Virus record (IMG/VR): IMGVR_UViG_3300035501_000484
Location: 1-64,000 of that record
DNA length: 64,000 nucleotides
Reading direction: 5' to 3' (one strand)
Origin: a virus
The notes below the pieces were generated by a model. It was not told the DNA's origin. It was given only the letters and a program-made list of their open reading frames with translations, and ran no database searches. Positions 28,196 through 37,779 of the stretch are shown here, piece by piece. A program made the translations under genes and the position numbers. Position 1 is the stretch's first letter. Every line of letters starts with the position of its first letter.

Positions 28196-29401
28196 ATGCA
28201 CCATTCTTATTGTAAGAATGTAAACATTTTAGATAGGGAAGGTATTTATTTTTGTATTACTCAATGTTTATCTGATAAGTGGAATAGATATGATGTTATA
28301 AATTTCATTAATGAATATCTTCCTAGTTTTAGTAAAGATGAAGTTAGAAATATTATTAAATATAATAGAGATTTTTTAAAAGGAACCTTATATACAATCG
28401 CGGATGTCCTCGCTTATGAGATTAAGACGCGGACGGTACATTTTAAACCTATTAAATATAAAGAGAAATATGATAGCAATTCTAAGAAAACTAGAGAAAT
28501 AGGTGTCCAATCTATTAAACATCAATTATATGATTATATTGCAGTTTATTATGCAAGAGAAGTATGGGAGAAAAAGATTGGAGACTATCAATGTGCTTCA
28601 ATGCCTGGTCGAGGTCAGGTATTTGGTAAAAAATTAATAGAAAATTGTATTAGAACTTTTCCTAAAAAGACGAGATTTGCAGTTAAAGGAGATATTAGAA
28701 AATGTTATCCTTCAATTAATACTAGAAGATTGAAAAAGTTATTAAAGAAAGATATAGATAATGAAGATTTACTATATCTTATTTTTTATTTAATAGACTC
28801 TTTTAAACAAGGATTGTCGATAGGTTCTTTTCTTAGTCAATATTTATGCAATTATTACTTATCATTTGCTTATCATTATATAGAAACAAATTTAAGTCGT
28901 AATTATTATTTTATGTTATTTTATATGGATGACTTTATTCTTATAGCAGAAAATAAATCTGAATTAGCTACGGCGATGATTAAGATAGTTCAATATTTTA
29001 AAGAGTATTTAGACTTAGAAGTTAAAAATACTTGGCAAATATTTCCAATAGATTATTTTAGTAAAGATGGTAAAAGACGCGGTCGCGCAATAGATATGAT
29101 GGGATATGTAATTTATAAAACTCATACAGAAGTTAGACCATGTATCTTTTTAAAGGCTAGACGATTATATATTTATACTTATATACATTACGGGCAATTT
29201 AATAAGAGAATACCAGAGAAATTAGCACATCAATGCATTTCTTATTATGGTTGGTTTGTAAATTCTAATTCAGAATGGTTTATTAGAGAATATAATGTAA
29301 AGAAATTAGTTCATATGTCTGAAGTTGCGGTATCTTATTATTCAAAGCAAAAAAATAATAGAGAATCTTTAAAACGAGATTCTCTATTTTTTTTATTCTG
29401 A
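28196..29401 (+). CDS. DGR reverse transcriptase
   Basis: RT motifs VKGDIRKCYPSIN, YMDDFIL (YxDD) and the DGR-specific GLSIGSFLSQ (I/LGxxxSQ). Start placed at ATG 28196 with RBS aaagagga; the track ORF starts at TTG 28160. Confidence 0.8.
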   Translation: MHHSYCKNVNILDREGIYFCITQCLSDKWNRYDVINFINEYLPSFSKDEVRNIIKYNRDFLKGTLYTIADVLAYEIKTRTVHFKPIKYKEKYDSNSKKTREIGVQSIKHQLYDYIAVYYAREVWEKKIGDYQCASMPGRGQVFGKKLIENCIRTFPKKTRFAVKGDIRKCYPSINTRRLKKLLKKDIDNEDLLYLIFYLIDSFKQGLSIGSFLSQYLCNYYLSFAYHYIETNLSRNYYFMLFYMDDFILIAENKSELATAMIKIVQYFKEYLDLEVKNTWQIFPIDYFSKDGKRRGRAIDMMGYVIYKTHTEVRPCIFLKARRLYIYTYIHYGQFNKRIPEKLAHQCISYYGWFVNSNSEWFIREYNVKKLVHMSEVAVSYYSKQKNNRESLKRDSLFFLF

Positions 29402-29532
29402 AACTAAATATTCATATCCTTGTTTTATTAAAATTTTTTTTACTTGTTCTTTTAATAAACGAGGAACATCATTAAAAGATTTAATACCTTTTATAACTTG
29501 CTCTGCCCATAGTTTACTCATTTCCGCACCTC

Positions 29533-30006
29533 TTATTCATAAACCAATTCACTCATTTCTAAAAGACAATTAGTAAGTTCTTGATTTCTAGCAATCAATT
29601 CTTCAATTGAAGTTTGCATTTCTGAATTAATTTGTTTTAATTCTTTATTAGTATTTTCCATTTCTAAAACAGTTTTTCTTAATTGACTAACTTCAGCTCT
29701 TTCAGAAGTAGAATAATTATAAATTTCTTCCATATTTTGAGTATGATATTTTTTAACTGCGGCAACACTTGATATATCTTGCTGTGAGAACATTTTTTCT
29801 TTTAATGAAAGATATTCATATTCTGAAATTCCTAATAATACATACTCACTTAAATCATAACAGACTTCCCCATCAGATGAAAGAACCTGAGTAGCTTCAC
29901 TTTTATCGCATAATAATTTTAAATTATATTGTTCTTGAAGTTTAACATAGGATGGGTCTTTTAGCAAATCAATGACTGTATTATTCTTAACTACTTTATA
30001 CCACAT
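29533..30006 (-). CDS. hypothetical coiled-coil protein, possible tail-fiber assembly/chaperone
   Basis: 157 aa, immediately downstream on the minus strand of the 2144-aa gene. Confidence 0.25.
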   Translation of the reverse strand: MWYKVVKNNTVIDLLKDPSYVKLQEQYNLKLLCDKSEATQVLSSDGEVCYDLSEYVLLGISEYEYLSLKEKMFSQQDISSVAAVKKYHTQNMEEIYNYSTSERAEVSQLRKTVLEMENTNKELKQINSEMQTSIEELIARNQELTNCLLEMSELVYE

Positions 30007-30029
30007 TATAATTCTCCTATTTTATATTA

Positions 30030-30064
30030 AAGGGTGCTTTTTAAAAAAACACCCTTTATTTTTT
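30030..30064 (+). terminator. hairpin with U-run (plus-strand orientation) between the giant gene and the next minus-strand gene
   Basis: aagggtg...caccctt hairpin followed by tatttttt on the plus strand; no U-run on the minus strand. Confidence 0.4.
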
Positions 30065-33000
30065 ATTCTGTTGCAGACATTTCAATAGCAAAAGCACATG
30101 GAAAATATGAATAAGCTGGATAGCCTTGATTCCATTTACCATTCTTATCTACTGCACCAAAGCCGTTAGCATAATCAACATAAGTTGAACCTAACCAGTA
30201 GAACTCATTCTTTGGATTTAATGCTGTCTCTGGACGATGGCGGACACGAGAATCATTTCCAGTAAATACTGAGAATGTAGAACCTTCTTTAGCATACACT
30301 GGATATTTATCTACGTCTGCGGCAATTGAAGTGACTTCCGCATTGTTTAAAATCCATATTTTATCTTCTGTAGTTATAAATATATCTTCATCATTCATAG
30401 CTTTTAATTCTGCGGTTGAAGTTCCATCATCGCCATCATAGGTAATTTCTATATCTGTATAATTACCTATAGAATTTACTCTCTTCTTTGGTGTTACTAA
30501 AGCTTGCATTAATCCTGGAAGCGAGTTATAAAACTCATCATTCGCGCGTTCACGAAGTTCACTATAGAACCATCCGCCATTATTCCAAGATTCGCCTTTT
30601 AAGAATGTCTCAATTTTAACGACGCTTGAGTTAGATACTGGAATCCTTATAGATACGTTTCCGCTTAATTCAGTAAAGCCAGCTTCATTGTATATTAATT
30701 CTCCATCAGTACTCTCAAACTCGATTCCGCTTGGTAAAGTTGCTCCCTTAGTAAAATCATAAGTTTTAGTTTGTCCACCTGTAGTAACTGTAATAGTTGT
30801 TAATAAAGGACGTCCTAATCTATCTATTGAATTAAATTGAGGAGCTAAAACTATATAATCACTGTTTCCTGTGTATTCATATGTAAAGGTATCGCTATCT
30901 GCGTCAATTCCATTAATAGTATAGCAATAAGATTTTCTCTTTTGAGAGTTCATCTGATATGCTTGAACTGAAGTATACGCTGGAAGTAAATCAATACCTT
31001 TTTGATTATCCATACTTATTAAAGTCCATAACGTACTTTCTTTTGTATTTAATATAGCACTCTTAGATTGTCCAAGAGTCCACCAATCAGATAAGTTTAA
31101 TTTACCTGCGGTTGCCGCGTTTAGAACTGCATTAATTTCACCCCATGAGCAACTTTGGAACTCTTTTTTACTTGCTGGTAATGTTACTTTAGAAGTAACT
31201 GCAAAACATAATGTTGTACCTATTATATTTTGTATAGTTAAAGTTTCATTAGTATCTAATTCTTCAAAGTTAGGAGGAATAATTGTGCTTTCATCTCTCC
31301 AACCATCTGTTTTAACTACAGTCCATCCGCCTTTTAACCAAGTACCAGATTCATCTTCCAATGGGTCAGGTATAGTATTCATATCGACATCTCCGCCATA
31401 ACTAATTGCAGTTGTATTTTTACCTTCCTCATCTCCAGTAATACTGTAGTAAGGGGTATAAGCACTTGGGTTAGCCGCAAATGTTTCATAATCTTCTTTA
31501 AAGAAGTAAACATTGTAATGTCTTGCTACTGCGTCATAAGTTGCGGTTAATATTCTATCCTCAGTAACATTCATATAACTATTACTCCAAGAATTATAAT
31601 AATAATTATATTTAGAGTCACTAGGTTTCTTTGGTGTATCTATTTTTATGTTATTAGCGTCTACTGTTGTAATTGGGTCGTATCCATCTGAACCTTTAAT
31701 GACTGTATATTCTGCTAAAACTGAATTATCATAATTCCTAAATGATAATGTATAAAGTGTCTTATTAAATAAGAAACTTAAACTAGGGAATTGTTTTCTA
31801 TATTCAGCTAATGTTGATTCTTTAATTGTTTCAATTTCTACTGTACCAGTTACATATGAATTGGTTGAAGAAGTTGCTAAAGAACCTGATTCAGTAATAC
31901 CTTTACATTTCTTTAATATATCAAATGTATCAGAGCCATCTCCGCTTAATATCCAATAAATATCAAGCAATCTAACAGAAGTTAAATTGACACTATTATT
32001 AATAATATTAACTAATAATTGGTCAGCAGTTGTAGATAAATATTCTGCTGTAATACTTGATAAACTATTATAACCTTGTAATGTTAAAGTTTTTAATTGT
32101 TGTAAGTATTGCAGTTTTAAGTTAGTTATTGTAGCTGGCAATTTCATAATTTGAATATTACTATTAGAAGCTAATGTTACAGAAGGAACATTAGTATTCT
32201 CAGCATAGAAATATTTTAATGCTGTACAACCAGAAATACCAATTGTTGTATTTAAATAAATTAATCCTGTTATATCAATTGTATTAATTAAATCAGAGTT
32301 AAATGAAATACTTGTACCTGCTTGCCAAGCTTGGTTTTGGTATCCTTCAATCTGGCTTCCCGCGATAATTCTTTGTAACTTTGATGCTCTTGATATATCT
32401 AACCAACTTAAATAGCAAGCTGATAAATCTCCAATGTCAGTCAAGAGAGAAGCATTGTAGATATAAGTTTCAACACCACCTGAACCAGTCTCACCGAATG
32501 TTGGTGCGGTCATTGTTACAGCTTCACCACGTTTAGCTTTTATCTTTTGATAATCACCATTACCATATTTTACTAATACATACATATCTGAATATGGAGT
32601 AATAGTTAAATCTTGGTTAGGTGGAACTATATTTGGTGAATTATATGTATCAGTTGCGGAAGGCTTGGTAATACGCATCTGAATCGCGTCTGATATTACT
32701 GTAGGTCCATTGTATTTAGAACTCATATAACGGTCTTGATAGAATAAGAACCAGTCTCTTTGAAGGTCTTTATTTCCTAACATCATTGAGATATAAGTTC
32801 TATCATTGTAATCTACATATGGATTAATATATTTCTTGAACATATCTTCAATCCATATAGCCTCCGGCCATTCGTCCTGATGAGATTTAAATTTAGCACT
32901 TAATCTCTCTGCGTTAAAAGCACCTTCACTCTCTTTAACTGTAACCATGTTAGAAATTTCAGTAGCGAAACATTTAGCTAAATTTATCCATAATACAGAT

Positions 33001-36000
33001 TCTTCACCACCATATGATTGGCTACCATCTCTATATTCAACACCATAGCTATGGCTTAAACGACCGATGTTATCAATACCAAGAGCAGTATCGTTATCAT
33101 AGTCATTTTTGAAGTGCCAATGAATACCATCATCTGTTGCCATGAATACGTTCTTTGCGCGGTTATCTACCATTAAATGACGTTCAGTAAATATATATAA
33201 CCAAATTGCAGAATCTAAAATGAAATAATCTTCAAATTCTGCTTTGAACTTTGCTAATCTATATTCTGCGGTATCCTTGTTATAAGTTACTCCATTGTAA
33301 ACTACTGGAGTAATAGAAGCATCGGTTGCCGCAGTTGTATCAGTTGATTTTACCCAACTTACAACACGATGTAAGTTATCTATATCAGTTTGAGTATATC
33401 CTTTTTTAGGGAATCTAAATTCAAATCCATCTTCCCACTTATCATCGCTAAAATCATCTTCTTTAAATACACAATATAAAGATTCATTAGTTAAGAACTC
33501 AACACAACATTGTTGAGGATATTTATCTCTGTTTTGTCCAAATACATCATAATTAATTTTATCATTGTTCATATTGAACTTTCCATAAAATTGAGTTGTA
33601 GTATATTTGCTTCCGCTAGAGTCGTTATGGAATACTATAATAGGTTGACCTTCAATGGTACCACGAATCTTATTTGTATATCCTTGGTTCTTTAATTCAG
33701 TAACTAATTCACTTCTCTCTGTTTCTCTATTGTGCTTAGGTTCATATCCTTTAGCGGCTGCCGCGTCTAAAAGTTCATCAAGCTGAGGGTCTGAAACATA
33801 AGGGTCGTATAAATTATATTCATCTGTTAAAATAACGTTATTAGCGCCTTCTGATGAAGCAACGTCCGCCTTTAAACAGAAGTAATCAACTGGAATACTA
33901 TTAGATGACATAGCAAACGTTGATTCTTTTGTACCAGACTCACTATAATTAAAACCGTCTACTTGGAAGTCTACATTTAAGTTTAATGCAGCTCTACCAT
34001 AACCAGCAGATGAGGTACCTTGCATACCAATACCAACGTTATTACTTGTAAAATTTTTTTTACTATTATCTGGGTCATAGTACGCAATTGTTCCTTTAAT
34101 AGGAGGATTTGCTCTATCTTTTATTTTAACTTGAGGGAAAATATAATCATATTGACTTGCATCAGAAGTAATAATCATATATTTAGTTTTTAATTTATCT
34201 AAAACAATATTATGGTAATCATCATAAATATCATTTCTTTGGTATCTTTCTACCATTTCATCTGAATTTGGAGCATCTAAAATAAAGTTATTTAAGATTT
34301 CATATTGATTTAAAACTTTATTATAAGTTTTAATTAAATAAATATCTAAATCACATTCACTAGAACCTAAACTAAGTGTTTGTAAATTTTCTTGTACAAA
34401 AGTATCAGTTGCTTCATAGATTGATGCTGAACATGGGATACCTTGTAGATACCATAAAATTAAACTATTTTGAGTAGAAGGATAAATTACTAAGTCCATT
34501 TCAATATAAGAATCTTCCTTATAAGGAACTTCCATTTGAATATCACGAGAATTAAATATACCTTTATTTGCATAAAGAGTTAATCCAATTCCTTGTCTCT
34601 TCTCACTCTCTAAATCATCATTTGTATTATCATAACAATCAATTATTTTTGTATCATAGTTAATACTATTTTTACATCTAAAAATAATCTTAATTGATTT
34701 ACCAGTATTTTTAAAATCAGTTGAGAATAATTTTAAAGGAATAGTAACTTTTTCACTACTAGCCTTAATTCTCATAACTGAGTTTCCATCGCTATCAACC
34801 TGCCAGCCGCCATTAACCCAGTCAAAAGTACTTGGGAAAGATGCTTTATAAGTGCCTCCTTCCGCAGTTGATGATTGCCATACATTATAATTACTTTGTG
34901 AATTACTTCTACCTGTTGTTGTAAATTCTGCCTCTAAACTATTTGTAATTGGGGAAGCACTAATATCAAGAGGTTCAACAGATAAATTAAATTCTCTATA
35001 TCTAGTTCCAACATAAATTCTTAATCTGTAATCGTCTGTTGTAGTAAATTTTAAAGTCCAATATTGTAAAGTTCTATCAGGATTAATAGATGAATTAATA
35101 GTAAATTCTTCTGTATTTTTATTAAATGCTTCTAGTCTACAGTTTCTACTAGTTGAGCTTGTGCTAGAAGTATAAGTTGGGTCCCAAATTAAATATGGGA
35201 TAGTAACGTTATCATATTGCTTTACTGTTGTTTCATTAAAAGAAGAAGCTATAATTGGAGTAGAACTACTTTTATTAACAAAGATAATTTCATAATATAA
35301 TACATTGCTTGTTAATTCTGTTCCATTTACTGTTGCAGTTACATATACTGTTAAAGGATATGCGCCATGTGCTTGATAAGGAATTGTCTGTGTAGAAATA
35401 CCTCCCGATGAAGTAGTTGTAACAGTTTTTATTTCTTGACCATTTAAAATAAAGTGAACAGTTTTTTCAAATGTACCGCCAGCGGTTACTGTATATGTAA
35501 AAGTTGCATCATCATAGTATGCAGTATAAGCATCAAAAGTAGATGTTAATTCAAGAGAAACAGTGGTAATAGTCCATCTTAAAGTTCTAACACTACCAGT
35601 ATTATCAGTTAAGATAACTTGAACAGAATTAGTTCCTCTACCTAATAATGATGAAACATCATATTCATAATCACCTTGAGCTACATTAGTATCTTGGTCT
35701 GCGCGGACGCCATTGACATTAAGCACCATAGAGCCAGGTCCTGTAGATGAATTATCATCTGCATAAATAGAGGACCATCTAAAAGCAATCTTTATATTAG
35801 TATCACCATAAATTGCAGTAAATGATGATTCATTGATATAAGTCATTTTAAATGTCGTACCTGCGCTACTTCCACCGCCGCCTGTCCCAGTAATAGTAAT
35901 AGTACCTAAAGGATTAGCGTCTCCTTTTTTATACCAAGCTAATTCACTTGTAGTTTCATCAAATTCAATATCTAAATCTTCTAGTGCATTTAGATTTGCT

Positions 36001-36497
36001 ACTGTATTGGAAAGAGTCGCAAGGTCATCCGCAGATGCATAATTAGCTAAAAGACCATTTATCTGTCCTTTTGTATAATAATCAGAAAGGTCAGTTGCGA
36101 TAGAGACTCCCGCAGTAATTTTCTTTCCGTTGCTTAATAAATAAAATTTATTATCATCATCAATTAAATATCCATCCGCTTTAGTTTCAACATCTTCATC
36201 TAAAGAGTCTAAATAATTTAATAATGTATTGATTTGTGTTCTAACTGCGGTTCCCGCAGATGTATAAACTTCGCCAGTAAAATCAGTATATTTATCACTA
36301 GATATACTTTGTCTAATATCTTCCAATTCAGTCTGACGTTCTGAACTAGAGAAGGAAGGATATTTTTGTAAAAGGTTGTCCACCCTATTGTTAGTAGTAG
36401 CAATTGAACTATTTATAGATGTATCTTGTTTATCTACATAATTTTTTGTTGCTATAGTTACTAAACGTAGAGCTTCTACAATAGATATTTTACTCAT
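30063..36497 (-). CDS. giant (2144 aa) structural protein, probable tail fiber/adhesin with multiple beta-rich domains
   Basis: Uninterrupted 6.4 kb ORF, Ser/Thr/Asn/Gly-rich with repetitive beta-strand-like composition. Lies next to small structural-type genes. Confidence 0.45.
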   Translation of the reverse strand: MSKISIVEALRLVTIATKNYVDKQDTSINSSIATTNNRVDNLLQKYPSFSSSERQTELEDIRQSISSDKYTDFTGEVYTSAGTAVRTQINTLLNYLDSLDEDVETKADGYLIDDDNKFYLLSNGKKITAGVSIATDLSDYYTKGQINGLLANYASADDLATLSNTVANLNALEDLDIEFDETTSELAWYKKGDANPLGTITITGTGGGGSSAGTTFKMTYINESSFTAIYGDTNIKIAFRWSSIYADDNSSTGPGSMVLNVNGVRADQDTNVAQGDYEYDVSSLLGRGTNSVQVILTDNTGSVRTLRWTITTVSLELTSTFDAYTAYYDDATFTYTVTAGGTFEKTVHFILNGQEIKTVTTTSSGGISTQTIPYQAHGAYPLTVYVTATVNGTELTSNVLYYEIIFVNKSSSTPIIASSFNETTVKQYDNVTIPYLIWDPTYTSSTSSTSRNCRLEAFNKNTEEFTINSSINPDRTLQYWTLKFTTTDDYRLRIYVGTRYREFNLSVEPLDISASPITNSLEAEFTTTGRSNSQSNYNVWQSSTAEGGTYKASFPSTFDWVNGGWQVDSDGNSVMRIKASSEKVTIPLKLFSTDFKNTGKSIKIIFRCKNSINYDTKIIDCYDNTNDDLESEKRQGIGLTLYANKGIFNSRDIQMEVPYKEDSYIEMDLVIYPSTQNSLILWYLQGIPCSASIYEATDTFVQENLQTLSLGSSECDLDIYLIKTYNKVLNQYEILNNFILDAPNSDEMVERYQRNDIYDDYHNIVLDKLKTKYMIITSDASQYDYIFPQVKIKDRANPPIKGTIAYYDPDNSKKNFTSNNVGIGMQGTSSAGYGRAALNLNVDFQVDGFNYSESGTKESTFAMSSNSIPVDYFCLKADVASSEGANNVILTDEYNLYDPYVSDPQLDELLDAAAAKGYEPKHNRETERSELVTELKNQGYTNKIRGTIEGQPIIVFHNDSSGSKYTTTQFYGKFNMNNDKINYDVFGQNRDKYPQQCCVEFLTNESLYCVFKEDDFSDDKWEDGFEFRFPKKGYTQTDIDNLHRVVSWVKSTDTTAATDASITPVVYNGVTYNKDTAEYRLAKFKAEFEDYFILDSAIWLYIFTERHLMVDNRAKNVFMATDDGIHWHFKNDYDNDTALGIDNIGRLSHSYGVEYRDGSQSYGGEESVLWINLAKCFATEISNMVTVKESEGAFNAERLSAKFKSHQDEWPEAIWIEDMFKKYINPYVDYNDRTYISMMLGNKDLQRDWFLFYQDRYMSSKYNGPTVISDAIQMRITKPSATDTYNSPNIVPPNQDLTITPYSDMYVLVKYGNGDYQKIKAKRGEAVTMTAPTFGETGSGGVETYIYNASLLTDIGDLSACYLSWLDISRASKLQRIIAGSQIEGYQNQAWQAGTSISFNSDLINTIDITGLIYLNTTIGISGCTALKYFYAENTNVPSVTLASNSNIQIMKLPATITNLKLQYLQQLKTLTLQGYNSLSSITAEYLSTTADQLLVNIINNSVNLTSVRLLDIYWILSGDGSDTFDILKKCKGITESGSLATSSTNSYVTGTVEIETIKESTLAEYRKQFPSLSFLFNKTLYTLSFRNYDNSVLAEYTVIKGSDGYDPITTVDANNIKIDTPKKPSDSKYNYYYNSWSNSYMNVTEDRILTATYDAVARHYNVYFFKEDYETFAANPSAYTPYYSITGDEEGKNTTAISYGGDVDMNTIPDPLEDESGTWLKGGWTVVKTDGWRDESTIIPPNFEELDTNETLTIQNIIGTTLCFAVTSKVTLPASKKEFQSCSWGEINAVLNAATAGKLNLSDWWTLGQSKSAILNTKESTLWTLISMDNQKGIDLLPAYTSVQAYQMNSQKRKSYCYTINGIDADSDTFTYEYTGNSDYIVLAPQFNSIDRLGRPLLTTITVTTGGQTKTYDFTKGATLPSGIEFESTDGELIYNEAGFTELSGNVSIRIPVSNSSVVKIETFLKGESWNNGGWFYSELRERANDEFYNSLPGLMQALVTPKKRVNSIGNYTDIEITYDGDDGTSTAELKAMNDEDIFITTEDKIWILNNAEVTSIAADVDKYPVYAKEGSTFSVFTGNDSRVRHRPETALNPKNEFYWLGSTYVDYANGFGAVDKNGKWNQGYPAYSYFPCAFAIEMSATE

Positions 36498-36499
36498 TT

Positions 36500-37108
36500 T
36501 TAACTATTATAAACCTCCTGTAACATTTTATTAACTTGTGTATCTTCAACGAAAATAATCTCAAAAGTGCCTGTGTCACCTATTTGTTGAGAGCCATCTA
36601 CATTTGCATTATAGAGACCATCTCCTATAGATAAATCTCCATTAACTGTAGTATTCCAACGATAACAAATTGAATCTTCATCTTCATTAACATCAATATA
36701 CTCTAATGAAAATTGAAGTCTACCTGCTGCGGATGTGATAGCGCCCGCGATAATCCAAGAAAATTCAACCATTGAAGAATCTTCATCTCGCACTTGCATA
36801 TCTTCAATTTGATAAACGCCAGCTACAGATGCCGCGACATTATACCACTTAATTACCTTTTGAGAACATTTTAAAATATCATAACCATCTATATAACGAG
36901 GACAATGAAAAGTGATTGCATTAGAATTATGGTCATTCTTTATGCCAATCATTTTTGTAAAAGAAGTAGGAATAGAAAAAGTCCTACTTAAACTATTTAC
37001 TGTAATAGCAGACTCTTCATCAGTTAAAGCGTTATGAGTATTGGTATTGATTACTGTTGACAAACTTGAAGAACTAAGAGTTTGTATCATATTTGTATAA
37101 TCTGCCAT
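36500..37108 (-). CDS. hypothetical structural-module protein
   Basis: 202 aa, translationally coupled to the flanking genes. Confidence 0.25.
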   Translation of the reverse strand: MADYTNMIQTLSSSSLSTVINTNTHNALTDEESAITVNSLSRTFSIPTSFTKMIGIKNDHNSNAITFHCPRYIDGYDILKCSQKVIKWYNVAASVAGVYQIEDMQVRDEDSSMVEFSWIIAGAITSAAGRLQFSLEYIDVNEDEDSICYRWNTTVNGDLSIGDGLYNANVDGSQQIGDTGTFEIIFVEDTQVNKMLQEVYNS

Positions 37109-37590
37109 TATTTTTTCTCTCCTCTAATTTCTTTAACTTCATCTAAAATTGCTTGACAATCTTGTAAAATTTGATTGCATATTAAAGCATACTGTTGAAA
37201 TAGTTGAGTCATTTGTGCGGATATATTATTGGTTGTTATATCTGAGTTAACAATTTCTTCTTTATATCCAGATTTATAAATTTTAACAGAAACTTCATCT
37301 GTTGTAATTAAATCACCGCAACAGATAGAAACTGAGAATCCAGGACTCTTTATTACTTCAGAAGGAATGTAGCATTGATTTAATGCTAATCCATCGTCAG
37401 AACCTAAAATTTTTGCATATGTTTTATTATTATATGTAAAAAGTGCAGTAACAGGAATATCGTTCCATTCATTTGTTTTATAAACAAAAGTAGCAATTAA
37501 ATACTGCTTACTGTCCGCTACTAGATATTTATTTTCATTACTATCTGCGGATTTCAACATTTGATGGATAACATTGAATTTTATTTCCAT
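37108..37590 (-). CDS. hypothetical structural-module protein
   Basis: 160 aa; its stop overlaps the start of the next gene. Confidence 0.25.
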   Translation of the reverse strand: MEIKFNVIHQMLKSADSNENKYLVADSKQYLIATFVYKTNEWNDIPVTALFTYNNKTYAKILGSDDGLALNQCYIPSEVIKSPGFSVSICCGDLITTDEVSVKIYKSGYKEEIVNSDITTNNISAQMTQLFQQYALICNQILQDCQAILDEVKEIRGEKK

Positions 37591-37740
37591 AAACTACAAC
37601 CTCCTTTTAAGAAATATGAAAATGAGTTTTATTTAATTATAAAGAAATGTCCTTTCTTATATTTTGGGTGAAAAATTTCTAAAAGCCATTTTGAATCTGA
37701 ATTGCGGTTGAAGGCGCTCCTAGCAGGTTGCCGCATAACA

Positions 37741-37773
37741 ATAAAAAAATGCAGAACAATTAAGTTCTGCATT
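37741..37773 (-). terminator. rho-independent terminator after the vWA protein gene
   Basis: aaatgcagaac-aatta-gttctgcattt hairpin followed on the minus strand by a 7-nt U-run. Confidence 0.6.
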
Positions 37774-37779
37774 TATATT

